From the NCBI GenBank assembly GCA_963838025.1, contig CAWIPF010000001.1:2751757-2815756 (forward strand): a DNA stretch of 64,000 nt, given 5' to 3'. The stretch's first letter is position 1. Each line of letters opens with the position of its first letter. Below the pieces are notes generated by a model. It saw only the letters and a list, made by a program, of their open reading frames with translations. It did no database searches and was not told where the DNA came from. The position numbers were made by a program, and so were the translations under genes. Below, piece by piece: positions 47,260-57,189 of this stretch. The DNA comes from an uncultured Actinomycetota bacterium (lineage in GTDB: Bacteria > Actinomycetota > Actinomycetes > Propionibacteriales > Nocardioidaceae).

Positions 47260-48344
47260 ACCGGCTGTCCGTGCGGCTGTTCCTCTCCCACCTCCTGGTG
47301 GCGGTGATCGGCGCGGTCACGACGTACGCCGTGGTGCGGCTGCTGGCGCCGGCACTGTTCGACTCCGGCATGCGGATGATGGGGCCGCGCGCGCAGGGCG
47401 AGGGGGGCCAGCTGCGGACCGCCTTCGCGAGCGCCGTCAACACCTCCTTGGTGATCGGCCTGCTGATCAGCGCGCTGGTGGCGGCCGGCGTCGCCGCGCT
47501 TGCCGGGATCCGGTTGCTGCGCCCGCTCCGGGCGGTGCGGACGGCCACCCGCCGGCTCTCCCAGGGCCACTACGACGAGCAGGTGCAGCCGCCCCGGGAG
47601 GTCGAGCTGGCCGACCTGGTGCACGACGTGAACGACCTCGCCGGCCGGCTGGCCGACACCGAGCAACGCCGGCTGAGCCTGCTGTCCGACGTCGCGCACG
47701 AGATGCGCACGCCGCTGACCGTGATCGGCGGCTACGTCGAGGGGATGCTGGACGGGGTCTTCCCCGCCGGCCCCGACACGCTGCAGCCGGTCGCCGCCGA
47801 GCTGCACCGGCTCGGCCGGCTCGCCGACGATCTCAGCGCGCTCTCCCGGGCGGACGAGAACGCCCTCGACCTGCGCAGGGAGACGCTCGACCTCGCCACC
47901 GTCGTCGCGCAGTCGGCGGAGCGGCTACGACCCCAGTTCGACGAGGCGGGGGTGCGGCTCACCGTGATCGCCTCCCCCGGCGCCGTGCGGGTGCACGGCG
48001 ACCCGGACCGGCTCGGTCAGGTCGTCACCAACCTGATCGGCAACGCGCTGCGCGCCAGCGGACCCGGCCAGGACGTCACGGTCAGCACCGACCGGCACCG
48101 GCACGAGGCCCGCATCGAGGTGCGGGACCAGGGCGAGGGGCTCGCCGCCGAGGATCTCGAGCGGATCTTCGAGCGCTTCTACCGGGTGCGTGGGGGCCGC
48201 AGCGACGGCGACCAGCACGGGTCGGGCATCGGGCTGACCATCTCGCGCGGGATCGTGGCGGCGCACGGCGGCGAGATCACCGCCTCATCGGCAGGTCTCG
48301 GCGCCGGCGCCACCTTCACGGTCGTGCTACCCGCGGTTGGCTGA
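47256..48344 (+). CDS. sensor histidine kinase
   Basis: GTGA overlap with the RR gene. TM-HAMP region, H-box SDVAHEMRTPL, GNALRA, DQGEGL, GSGIGL. Confidence 0.85.
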   Translation: MNRLSVRLFLSHLLVAVIGAVTTYAVVRLLAPALFDSGMRMMGPRAQGEGGQLRTAFASAVNTSLVIGLLISALVAAGVAALAGIRLLRPLRAVRTATRRLSQGHYDEQVQPPREVELADLVHDVNDLAGRLADTEQRRLSLLSDVAHEMRTPLTVIGGYVEGMLDGVFPAGPDTLQPVAAELHRLGRLADDLSALSRADENALDLRRETLDLATVVAQSAERLRPQFDEAGVRLTVIASPGAVRVHGDPDRLGQVVTNLIGNALRASGPGQDVTVSTDRHRHEARIEVRDQGEGLAAEDLERIFERFYRVRGGRSDGDQHGSGIGLTISRGIVAAHGGEITASSAGLGAGATFTVVLPAVG

Positions 48345-49088
48345 TCCCCAGCCGCCCATCTGGCCCTGCTGCCCGTTCGGGCCGAACTGGCCGCCCATCT
48401 GGCCCTGCTGGCCGTTCGGGCCGATCTGGCCGCCCATCTGACCCATCCGGCCGTGCCGGCCCCCGGGGCCACCCTGACGGGCACCGTCGGGACCGCGCTG
48501 CATGCCCGAACCGTCGCACAGTCCGTCCGGGTCGCCGTCGGCGACGGCGGTGAAGGCGGTCAGGTGCCGCTCGGAGGCCGACAGCAGCCGCTGGTAGACG
48601 AACGTGACGTCGCTGGGGCTGTCCTTCGCCCCGAGCTTCTGCAGGTCGGCGATGTCCCGCTTCTCCAGGTCCGCTCCGACGGCCAGCGCGTCGTCGGACG
48701 ACTTCAGCCCGGTGGCCTTCCAGTCGTCGAACAGCGTCTGGATCGCGTCGTCGGCATACACCCCCGCCGCCTTGCCGGACGAGGGGTCGGCGACGCCGTA
48801 CCGGCTCAGCAACCGGCCGACCGCGTCGAAGTGCATCTGCTCGCTCGCCGCGATGCGGTCGAAGACCTGCACGCCGTCGTAACGGTCGGCGAAGGTCCGG
48901 TACAGGTCACGTGCCATGCGTTCCTCCTCGCGGGTGAACTGCAGGTCGGCCCGCCCGGCCGGGCTCAGCTGCTCGTCCGCGGTGCCGACCGCGTCCGGGG
49001 CCTGCGCGGCCACCGCGGCCGTGACGCCGCCGCCCAGCAGCGCCACCGCGGCAGTCCCCGCAACCAGTGTCTTTCGGAATGTCCTCAT
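48327..49088 (-). CDS. secreted ferritin-like DUF2202 family protein with a Gly/Gln/Met-rich repeat tail
   Basis: Signal peptide MRTFRKTLVAGTAAVALLGGG. EEERMARDLY and EQMHFDAV ferritin-like helices. AGGAG RBS. Confidence 0.65.
   Translation of the reverse strand: MRTFRKTLVAGTAAVALLGGGVTAAVAAQAPDAVGTADEQLSPAGRADLQFTREEERMARDLYRTFADRYDGVQVFDRIAASEQMHFDAVGRLLSRYGVADPSSGKAAGVYADDAIQTLFDDWKATGLKSSDDALAVGADLEKRDIADLQKLGAKDSPSDVTFVYQRLLSASERHLTAFTAVADGDPDGLCDGSGMQRGPDGARQGGPGGRHGRMGQMGGQIGPNGQQGQMGGQFGPNGQQGQMGGWGSANRG
48345..48445. repeat. 39-nt in-frame tandem repeat (about 2.5 copies)
   Basis: Encodes GQMGGQ(I/F)GPNGQQ units at the C-terminus of the DUF2202 protein. Confidence 0.5.
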
Positions 49089-49207
49089 CGTCGGCTCCTT
49101 CTCATCGGCTTCTGACTGGCTTCTGACACCCTCAGTGCACCCCTGCGCGGTGAAGCGTCGAGGCGGCCGATCGTGAAGATGTCGTGAAGCCGCGGCCGAG
49201 TCGCCGG

Positions 49208-50198
49208 TCAGATCCAGCCCTGGCGCTTGAAGAGCACGTAGAGGCCCGTCGCGAGCCCCGCGATCACCAGGGTGCTGCCGAGGAACCCCGACGTCGCGCC
49301 GAACCCCGGGTAGGCCACGTTCATGCCGAACCACCCGGTCACCGCCGTCGGGACCGCGATGATCGCCGCCCAGCCGGTGAGCTTCTTCATCACGAAGTTC
49401 AGCCGGGCGTCCTGGAGGGCGATGTTGGTCTCGAAGACGGTGGTGACCATGTCGCGCAGCGACTCGGTCCACTCCGAGGCGCGCAGCACGTGGTCGTAGA
49501 GGTCGGCGTACCAGCCGTCGAGCTCGCTGCTGCGACCGTCGCCGTCCGCCCGGTGCCGCATCACCGTGTTCACGACCTCGCGCATCGGCAGTACGACCCG
49601 GCGCAGCTCGACGAGCTCCTTGCGCAGGCGGTAGGTGTGCTGCTGGAGCGCGCGGGTGCTCGCGGCATCGTCGAAGAGCGTGTCCTCGAGCGCCTCGATC
49701 GCGTCGTCCATCAGCTGGATGGTGTCGAAGTGCCCGTCCACGACGACGTCGAGCAGGCCGTGGAGCAGCGCGCCCGAGCCGTACTCCAGCAGGTCCGCCC
49801 GGTCCTGCCAGCGCCGCAACCACCGCGTCCATGTCGAAGCGGTCGTCGGGCCGCACGGTGACCACGCAGCCGGGGAGCACGAACGCGGACACCCGGCTGG
49901 TCTCCAGCCGCGACTCGAGCATCCTGCGGCCGGCGCGGTCGTCGCTCTGGAGCCGGGTGGAGTACACCGTCACGAACGTGTGGGTCGCGTGGCGGGTCGC
50001 CTTCGACCGCTCCGCCGAGGCCACCGAGTCCTCGACCGCGTGCCGGTCCAGCGACAGCTCCGCGGCCAGCTGGCCCAGCAGCTGCGGGCTGGGCGCGCAC
50101 AGGTCGACCCAGACCAGGGAGGTCTCCTCCCGGAGATGCTCCGAGAGCTCGTCGAGGGGGAAGCCCTCGACCGACTCCCCTCCCTTGCGCCACAGCAT
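49208..50198 (-). pseudogene. corA: CorA-type magnesium/cobalt transporter with a single +1 frameshift near 49818
   Basis: N-terminal half (MLWRKGG...RPDDRFDMDAVV) sits in the frame of track ORF 48327..50291. C-terminal half (RRWQDRADLLEYG...GMNV...) sits in ORF 49208..49819. Removing one T from GTGGTTGCGG restores DAVVRRWQ. Confidence 0.75.
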
Positions 50199-50426
50199 CG
50201 TGCGAACGCCGCCGGCGATCGGCCTGCTCACGTTGGAAGTCTCCCCCCCTGCGCCCGCACCACAGGATAACCGGAATGCCGAGTTTGTCATGGCAGGACC
50301 TTGCGCCCGGCGGTGGTGCCGAAAGGCCCTACTGGGGTGTCACCCGCCGCGTGAGGTTGGGGACGAAGGAGACCGGGTCTCGGAGGGGACCCGTGCCTCA
50401 CAGGAGCGTTCGGGAAGGAAATCGAC

Positions 50427-52260
50427 ATGAAGCGCTCGAAGGTCATCATCGGCCTGACGGCCACGGCTCTGGTGCTCCCCGCCTGGGGAGTGGCTCAAGC
50501 GACCGAACCGGCTCCGGGGACCGCGACACGCTGGACCGAACTGGTCAGTGACGACGGGGGCGACGGTGGCCGCGAACTCCCCGCGATGAGTGCCGACGGC
50601 AAGTACGTCGTGGTCGCCGGGCGCGGCGCGAACGCCGGCATCTGGGTCAAGAACCGGGCCAAGCCGCGGATCGGTGCCAAGCAGGTGGCCACCGGCGACC
50701 TGCAGAACCCCGCGATCAGCGCGAACGGCAAGGTCGTGGCGTGGGCCGCCTACGGCGGCTCCCGGCAGGTCTGGGTCTACAACTGGACCGACCCCAACGC
50801 CAGCCCGAGGATCGCCAGCAAGGACGACGCCGGCGTGGCGTCCACCAAGCCCTCGGACTTCCCGTCCCTGAGCTGGGACGGCCGCTTCGTCGCGTTCCAG
50901 TCCATGGACACGACCCTGGACAACCAGGCGGTGCCGGGCAAGGCCGGCGGCGGCCCGAACAAGGTCTACGTCCGTGACATGAAGTACGGGCACACCGAGA
51001 TGGTCAGCGTCGTCGACGCTGCCGGCGGCGACCAGATCGTCAACGGCAACGCGATCAAGCCCGACATCACGCCCAACGGCAGGTACGTGGTGTTCGCCTC
51101 CGACGCGTCGGTGCTCCAGCCGGCCGTAGCCGAGGGCGAGTCCACCTTCCAGCAGGTCTACCTGCGCAACCGCGGCACCGACCGGACCAAGAGGATCAGC
51201 ATCAACAACTCGTGGCAGGTCGGCAACGGGATGAGCGCCGGGACGTACGGCCCGTCGATCAGCGATGACGGCCAGCGGGTCGTGTTCGAGTCCCAGGCGA
51301 CCAACCTGGTGACCGGTGACACCAACGAGGACACCGATGCGTTCATGCGCGACCGGTCCACGGGCACGACCATTCAGGGTGAGCGTGGCCCCGGACGGCG
51401 CAGTGGAGCCGACGACACCGATGACACCAACGACGGCGACGTCCGGCGACTCCGGGCCCCGCAGGGGGAAGAAACGACCAGACTGGGTGGACGCAGTACC
51501 GGTCGGCATGGGTCCGCAGATCAGCGGCAACGGCGCGCAGGTCGCGTTCGAGTCCGATGCGGCACTCACCCCCGACGACACGAACAGCGTCGACACCTAC
51601 ACCTGCACCGACACCGAGTCGACGTACGACGGCACTGCCTACGTGACCGACATCTACCGGTACAACGTCTCGAACAAGGGCGTCTCCCGGTGGAGCGTCC
51701 CCGAGCCCGGTGACGCCAACGCGTCCGAGGCGGAGGGCTACCGCATGGACGGCCACACCGGCCTGTGCACGACCGTGAACAACGGCGTCGACCCGGCGAT
51801 CAGCGCCAACGGCCGGCGGATCGCGTTCGTCTCCAACGGCAACCTGACCGGCACCACGGTGGCGGAGGAGGAGGGCGAGTCGACCGAGGTGGTCGGCACC
51901 GGGCTCGAGCCGAGGACCTTCCTGCACCGGTCCAACCCGGCGGCACGGGACGTGGTTCGCCCGTCCTCGGACGCCACCTCTCCGTCGTCGGTGACGACGA
52001 AGAGCTTCACGGTGAGGTACAGCACCTTCGACCGGTACCCGAGCTCGGGCATCCGCAAGGTCAAGCTGTACGTGATGCGGCCGGGCGCCAGCAGCTTCAA
52101 GCTGGCCATGGTCGACCGCGGCACCAGCGTCGACCGCCAGTTCACGTTCGCCTACGCGGGCGTGAAGGGCAAGTACCGCTTCTACACCGTCGCGGTGGAC
52201 GGCAAGTACAACCGCGAGTACCGTCCCGGCCGGGCCGACACGGTGACGACAAGGAAGTGA
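50427..52260 (+). pseudogene. secreted PD40/TolB-like beta-propeller repeat protein with a +1 frameshift near 51375
   Basis: Signal peptide. Repeated P-x-IS-x-DG-R/K-x-V-x-F units in both ORF 50427..51713 and ORF 51316..52260. The junction reads RDRSTGTTI / RVSVAPDG. Confidence 0.7.
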
Positions 52261-52304
52261 GTGCAACCGCTTCGAGGTGACCACGGCCATCCCGGGCAGC
52301 GAAC

Positions 52305-52345
52305 GAAGGGCGGCGCCCCAGACCTGGTCTGGGGCGCCGCCCTTC
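52305..52345. terminator. strong GC hairpin after the PD40 gene
   Basis: GAAGGGCGGCGCCCCAGACC-t-GGTCTGGGGCGCCGCCCTTC, 20-nt perfect arms, followed by CTGTTCGT. Confidence 0.6.
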
Positions 52346-52457
52346 CTGTTCGTCGGTCCCCCGCGCACCGGTCGATGTCCGCCGAATACGCGGCGGACCG
52401 GAAATTCTGTGGCCTCCGAGGCTATCCCTCCGGCGCTGGGGTCCCTACCCTGCATCC

Positions 52458-55040
52458 ATGTCGATCTCCCTGAGCCAGCGGCGCGTCGCGCTGGCCACCG
52501 CCACCGCCACCGCCATCGCGGCCGTCGCCACCTGGGGCGCGTTCGCGCTTCGCGACCCGCACGGCAACGAGCCGTCACTCAACGAGCGGCTCGTCGAGAA
52601 GCTCAAGCCGGTCGAGGGCGAGCCCGGCGACGAGTCGCACGAGGCGGCCACCGCCGCCGAGCAGTACGCCCAGGCGCGGACCGCGCCTGGCATCGTCGCT
52701 CCCGGCGCCTACACCGCGGCATGGGACTCCCTCCAGGGGCTCGGGACCGGAGGGGGCAGCTGGACCGAGGAGACCGGCAAGCCCTACAACGCCGACGACC
52801 CGAACTACCGGGAGTACTACCACTCGAACTCCAGTGGCGGCGCGGGCTACGTCACCGGCCGGGTCACCGGCCTGGCCACGCTGCCGGGCCAGGGCACGGG
52901 CGGCAAGGACGCGGTGTTCGCCGGCGGCGCCGACGGCGGGGTGTTCCGGTCGCTGGACGGCGGCACCACCTGGACCGCGATCACGTCGTCGCTGCCGACG
53001 CTCTCGACCGGCGACCTCGAGATCGCCCCGGACGGCGCCCTCTGGTACGCCACCGGTGAGGCGAACACCGGCGGCACGTCGTACGTCGGGACCGGTGTCT
53101 ACCGCCTCGAGGACCCGCTGACGTCGACCGCGTGGCAGCGCGTCGGCGGTGACGAGCTGGAGAGCACCTCGATCAACAAGGTGCGCTTCGACGCCGACGG
53201 CAACGTCTTCGCGGCGACCTTCCGCGGCATCTGGCGGCACTCGTCGACGTCGGCGAGCGACTCGTGGGAGCTGGTCTACGCTCCCAACCCCGACTACCTG
53301 CCGGGTGGCCCGAAGGCGGACGCCCCACTGGCCGGGTACAAGAACATGGTCAACGACCTGGCGATCGACGGCTCGACGATGATCGCGAGCGTGGCCTGGC
53401 GCGGCGGCGACACCTACAACGGCTTCTACGAGTCGACCCGTAGCGGTGACGCGGGCACCTGGCACAAGGTGAACCCGACCGGCGCGCTCAAGGACGTCGG
53501 CATCGGCAACGCGGAGTTCGCCTACTCCGCCGACGGCAGCCACCTGTACGCCGTCGTGGAGTCCACGGTGCGCTACGCCCACACGATGAACACCGTGCTG
53601 GACGGCGTCTACGACTCGCCGAGCGGGTCGGTCGCCGGACCGTGGAACAAGATCGCCGACTCGCAGAAGCTGGCGACGTCGGGGTCGGCGCTGAAGCTCT
53701 ACCGGGGCTACCGGCCCGGCGTTCAGGCCTGGTACAACAACTTCATCGCGGTGGACCCGGCGGACAGCAAGCACGTGTTCGTCGGCCTCGAGGAGGTCTT
53801 CGAGACCCGCGACGCCGGCGTGCACTGGACCACGGTCGCGCCGTACTGGAACTTCTCGTTCCCCTGCTGGAGCTGGGACGACGCGAAGAACACCTGCACC
53901 AAGCCGGCGCCCCACTCCGACCAGCACTCGGTCTCGATCGCCGGCAACAACGTCTACATCGGCAACGACGGCGGCGTCTACACGCGCGACATGGACGCGG
54001 GGTACGACAAGTACGGCCACGGCAAGGGCTGGAAGGAGCTCAACCCGGGTCTCGACGCCCTGCAGTACTACTCGGTGGGGGTCGGCACCACGGCCGGTCA
54101 CCGGGTGATCAGCGGCGGCCTGCAGGACAACGGCCAGTCGCTCTACATCGACGGGCAGGACACGATGGTCTCCCCGTTCGGCGGCGACGGCGGCATCACG
54201 CTCGTCGACCCCCGGCCCGGCCGGGGCTGCAACATCGTCGCCGAGTACGTCTACCTGTCGATGGCGGTGACCAACAACTGCGGCCGGTCCGCCGGTGACC
54301 CCACCGAGTCGCCCCGGGTGATCCGCGACATCGCGCCGGCCGACCCGAGCCCGCGCTTCATCGCACCGTTCGACGACGACGCCACCAACCCGGACCGCTG
54401 GATCGCCGGGGGCAGGTACGTCTGGGTCCAGGACCAGGGCTACGACATCCCCGACGCGTCCGCCTGGGCCAACGTCTTCGACAACGGCTCCGGGCACTCC
54501 ACCACCGCCCTGGCCATGCAGGACGGCGTCGGCTGGACGGCGTGGTGCGGACCCTGCGGCGAGTCGGGCTTCACCCGCGGCGTCTCCACCAGCGCCGGAG
54601 GCAGCTGGCACCAGGTGAACCTGCCCGCCGACGTCCCCAACCGGTACGTCTCCTCCGTCGCGGTCGACCCGCGGGACCCGACCGGGAAGACGGCCTACCT
54701 GGCGTTCAACGGCTTCTCGCGCAAGTTCACCGAGGGGCCCGGCGCCGGCTACGGCCACCTCTGGAAGACGACCGACGCCGGCGGCACCTGGAGCGAGGTC
54801 GGCCACGGCACCCTGCCCGACGTCCCGGCCGACAGCATCGTGCTCACCCCGAGCGGCACGCTGGTGCTCGGCACCGACCTCGGGGTGGTCTACTCCGTCG
54901 ACGGCGGCAGCACCTGGCAGAGGCTCGGCGACAACTTCCCGGCGACGACGGTGATGCAGGTCCTGCTCGGGCCCGACGGCAGGGTCTACGCCGCCACCCA
55001 CGGGCGCGGCATCTGGTCCATCCCGGTGCCCACCACGTGA
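52458..55040 (+). CDS. secreted BNR/Asp-box repeat (sialidase/GH74/sortilin-like beta-propeller) protein
   Basis: Repeated S-x-D-x-G-x-T-W units (SLDGGTTWT, TRDAGVHWTT, TTDAGGTWSE, SVDGGSTWQR). N-terminal SQRRVALATA signal-like region. Confidence 0.75.
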   Translation: MSISLSQRRVALATATATAIAAVATWGAFALRDPHGNEPSLNERLVEKLKPVEGEPGDESHEAATAAEQYAQARTAPGIVAPGAYTAAWDSLQGLGTGGGSWTEETGKPYNADDPNYREYYHSNSSGGAGYVTGRVTGLATLPGQGTGGKDAVFAGGADGGVFRSLDGGTTWTAITSSLPTLSTGDLEIAPDGALWYATGEANTGGTSYVGTGVYRLEDPLTSTAWQRVGGDELESTSINKVRFDADGNVFAATFRGIWRHSSTSASDSWELVYAPNPDYLPGGPKADAPLAGYKNMVNDLAIDGSTMIASVAWRGGDTYNGFYESTRSGDAGTWHKVNPTGALKDVGIGNAEFAYSADGSHLYAVVESTVRYAHTMNTVLDGVYDSPSGSVAGPWNKIADSQKLATSGSALKLYRGYRPGVQAWYNNFIAVDPADSKHVFVGLEEVFETRDAGVHWTTVAPYWNFSFPCWSWDDAKNTCTKPAPHSDQHSVSIAGNNVYIGNDGGVYTRDMDAGYDKYGHGKGWKELNPGLDALQYYSVGVGTTAGHRVISGGLQDNGQSLYIDGQDTMVSPFGGDGGITLVDPRPGRGCNIVAEYVYLSMAVTNNCGRSAGDPTESPRVIRDIAPADPSPRFIAPFDDDATNPDRWIAGGRYVWVQDQGYDIPDASAWANVFDNGSGHSTTALAMQDGVGWTAWCGPCGESGFTRGVSTSAGGSWHQVNLPADVPNRYVSSVAVDPRDPTGKTAYLAFNGFSRKFTEGPGAGYGHLWKTTDAGGTWSEVGHGTLPDVPADSIVLTPSGTLVLGTDLGVVYSVDGGSTWQRLGDNFPATTVMQVLLGPDGRVYAATHGRGIWSIPVPTT

Positions 55041-55041
55041 G

Positions 55042-56076
55042 TCACGTGCCGGGCAGCATGCCGACCGGCAGCAGGCCGTCCCAGCTGCGGTCGGCCCAGA
55101 CGGTCAGCGCCCTGGCCCCGGAGGTGGAGTAGCCGCCCGGCGCCCCGAGCGAGGCGACCGCGATCCGGTGGCCGTCGATGTCCGTCACGACCACGAGCGT
55201 GTTCTTGGCCGGCGTCGTGTAGCCGCTCTTGCCCAGGGAGCCCGGGTAGCGGTTCACGTAGTCGGTGCCGCGCCACACGGTGTGCCGGAAGCGGCCGGCC
55301 ACGGTGGCGATCCGCGCCGAGCGCCTGCCGAGGACGTCCACCAGGGTCGGCTCGGCCAGCGCGGCACGCAGGAGGACCACCAGGTCGCGGGCGGAGGAGT
55401 GCGACCCGGCGGCGGTGAGGCCCGAGGCGTTCGCGGCCACGGTGTCGACCGCGCCGAGCCCCCGGGCCGTCCGGTTCATCGCCCGGTAGAAGGCCCGCCG
55501 GCCCCGGGGGTACGAGCCCGCGATCGCCTCCGCGGCGTCGTTGCCGGACGGCAGCAGCATGCCCTCGAGAAGCACCGTGAACCCGTAGTAGCGACCGCGC
55601 CGGAGCCCGGCGCACGTGCACGGCTGACGCGCCTCGAACCGGTTCACCCGGTGGGCCGGGTGGTCGGGGGCCGTCCGCACCGCGGTCACCGCGGTCAGCA
55701 GCTTCATCGTCGAGGCCGCAGGGAGCTCGGCCCGCATCCGGTGCCGGCCGAGCACCGCCCCGGTGTCGAGGTCGACCACCACCCAGGCCCGCGCCCGCAC
55801 GCGCGGTGGCAGCGCCACGCTGCTCTGCGGGCGGAACACGGTGCGGTTCGCGACGTACACGGTGCCGCCGTCGCCGCTCACCGTGCCCTCGTGCCGCAGC
55901 AGCACCACGCGGGACGTCGAACCGGTCAGGGCGAGGGGCGCGCGGGCGACCGGACCGTGGGTGAGGACGGCCGGGACCAGCGCGGCGGCCGCCAGCAGTG
56001 CCGCCGACCGCGCCGCGCGAGCGCCCGCGCGGCGACGCCGGCGGGCGGGCTGGACACCTGGCCTCATGGACATCAA
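55042..56076 (-). CDS. D-alanyl-D-alanine carboxypeptidase (peptidase S11)
   Basis: STMK (SxxK), SGND (SxN), GKSGYT (KTG-like). Arg-rich signal peptide. Confidence 0.85.
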   Translation of the reverse strand: MMSMRPGVQPARRRRRAGARAARSAALLAAAALVPAVLTHGPVARAPLALTGSTSRVVLLRHEGTVSGDGGTVYVANRTVFRPQSSVALPPRVRARAWVVVDLDTGAVLGRHRMRAELPAASTMKLLTAVTAVRTAPDHPAHRVNRFEARQPCTCAGLRRGRYYGFTVLLEGMLLPSGNDAAEAIAGSYPRGRRAFYRAMNRTARGLGAVDTVAANASGLTAAGSHSSARDLVVLLRAALAEPTLVDVLGRRSARIATVAGRFRHTVWRGTDYVNRYPGSLGKSGYTTPAKNTLVVVTDIDGHRIAVASLGAPGGYSTSGARALTVWADRSWDGLLPVGMLPGT

Positions 56077-56199
56077 GCATGAGCGCGTCCCGGCCCGCGC
56101 GCAGGAAGTCCGCGAAGCTCACCCTCTCGCGCGCAGGGGGATGCGGCCCGGCGACGGGTCTGCGACCCTGGAGGGACAACGGTCGAGGAGCTGGGGGCT

Positions 56200-57075
56200 G
56201 TGATGGAGCGACGACGTCTGGGCCGGACCGGTCATGCCAGCTCGGTGCTGGTCTACGGTGCCGCGGCCCTGTCCGACGTCGACCAGGACACCGCCGACGC
56301 CTCCGTCCAGGAGGCCCTCGACGCCGGCATCAACCACTTCGACGTGGCGGCCGGGTACGGCGAGGCCGAGCTGCGGCTGGGGCCGTGGATGCCGCGGATC
56401 CGCTCGGACATCTTCCTGGCCACCAAGACCGACGAGCGCGGTGCCGAGGACGCCTGGGCCCAGATCAACCGGTCGCTGGAGCGGCTGGGCACGGACTCCG
56501 TCGACCTGATCCAGATCCACGCCGTCGGCGACCCGGAGACCCTCGACCAGGTCACCCGGTCCGGCGGCGCCCTCGAGGCGGTGATCAGGGCCCAGGAGGA
56601 GGGGATGGCCGCGGCGGTGGGCATCACCGGCCACAGCCACCAGGCCCCACGGACCCACCTGCAGGCGCTGCACCGGTTCCCGTTCACCACGGTGCTGACG
56701 CCGCTGAACGCGGCCCTCTGGCAGCGGCCCGACTACCGGCGCGACTACGAGGCCCTGGCCGCGGAGGCCGGCCGCCAGGACGTCGGGTTGATGACGATCA
56801 AGACCGTGGCCCGGCGGAACTGGCCCGAGGACGCGGGGAGGACCTTCGCGACCTGGTACGAGCCCCACGACCAGCCGGAGCGGATCCGGGCGAGCGTCTC
56901 GTGGGTGCTCGCGCACGGCGAGGTCACCGGGCTGGCCACCCCCGGCGACGTCCGGCTGCTGCGCCACGTCGTGGCGGCGGAGAGGGACCGGATGTCGGTC
57001 GAGGACGCGGAGGCGCTGCTGCTCAGCGACCCGGCGTACTCCTCCCCCTTCGAGGCGATGCCCGCGGGTCTGTAG
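56200..57075 (+). CDS. aldo/keto reductase
   Basis: LGRTG..., INHFDVAAGYGEAE, FLATK, VDLIQIHAV. Confidence 0.85.
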   Translation: MMERRRLGRTGHASSVLVYGAAALSDVDQDTADASVQEALDAGINHFDVAAGYGEAELRLGPWMPRIRSDIFLATKTDERGAEDAWAQINRSLERLGTDSVDLIQIHAVGDPETLDQVTRSGGALEAVIRAQEEGMAAAVGITGHSHQAPRTHLQALHRFPFTTVLTPLNAALWQRPDYRRDYEALAAEAGRQDVGLMTIKTVARRNWPEDAGRTFATWYEPHDQPERIRASVSWVLAHGEVTGLATPGDVRLLRHVVAAERDRMSVEDAEALLLSDPAYSSPFEAMPAGL

Positions 57076-57189
57076 CACCCGGACCCCGGGTGGCCCATCC
57101 GCTCTGGCCAGATCGGGCTATTGCCCAAACCTGAGCGTGGTCAGGAAAGTAAAGGGAGCCTGACCATTCCTGCTGCGAGGGGGTCCGCC

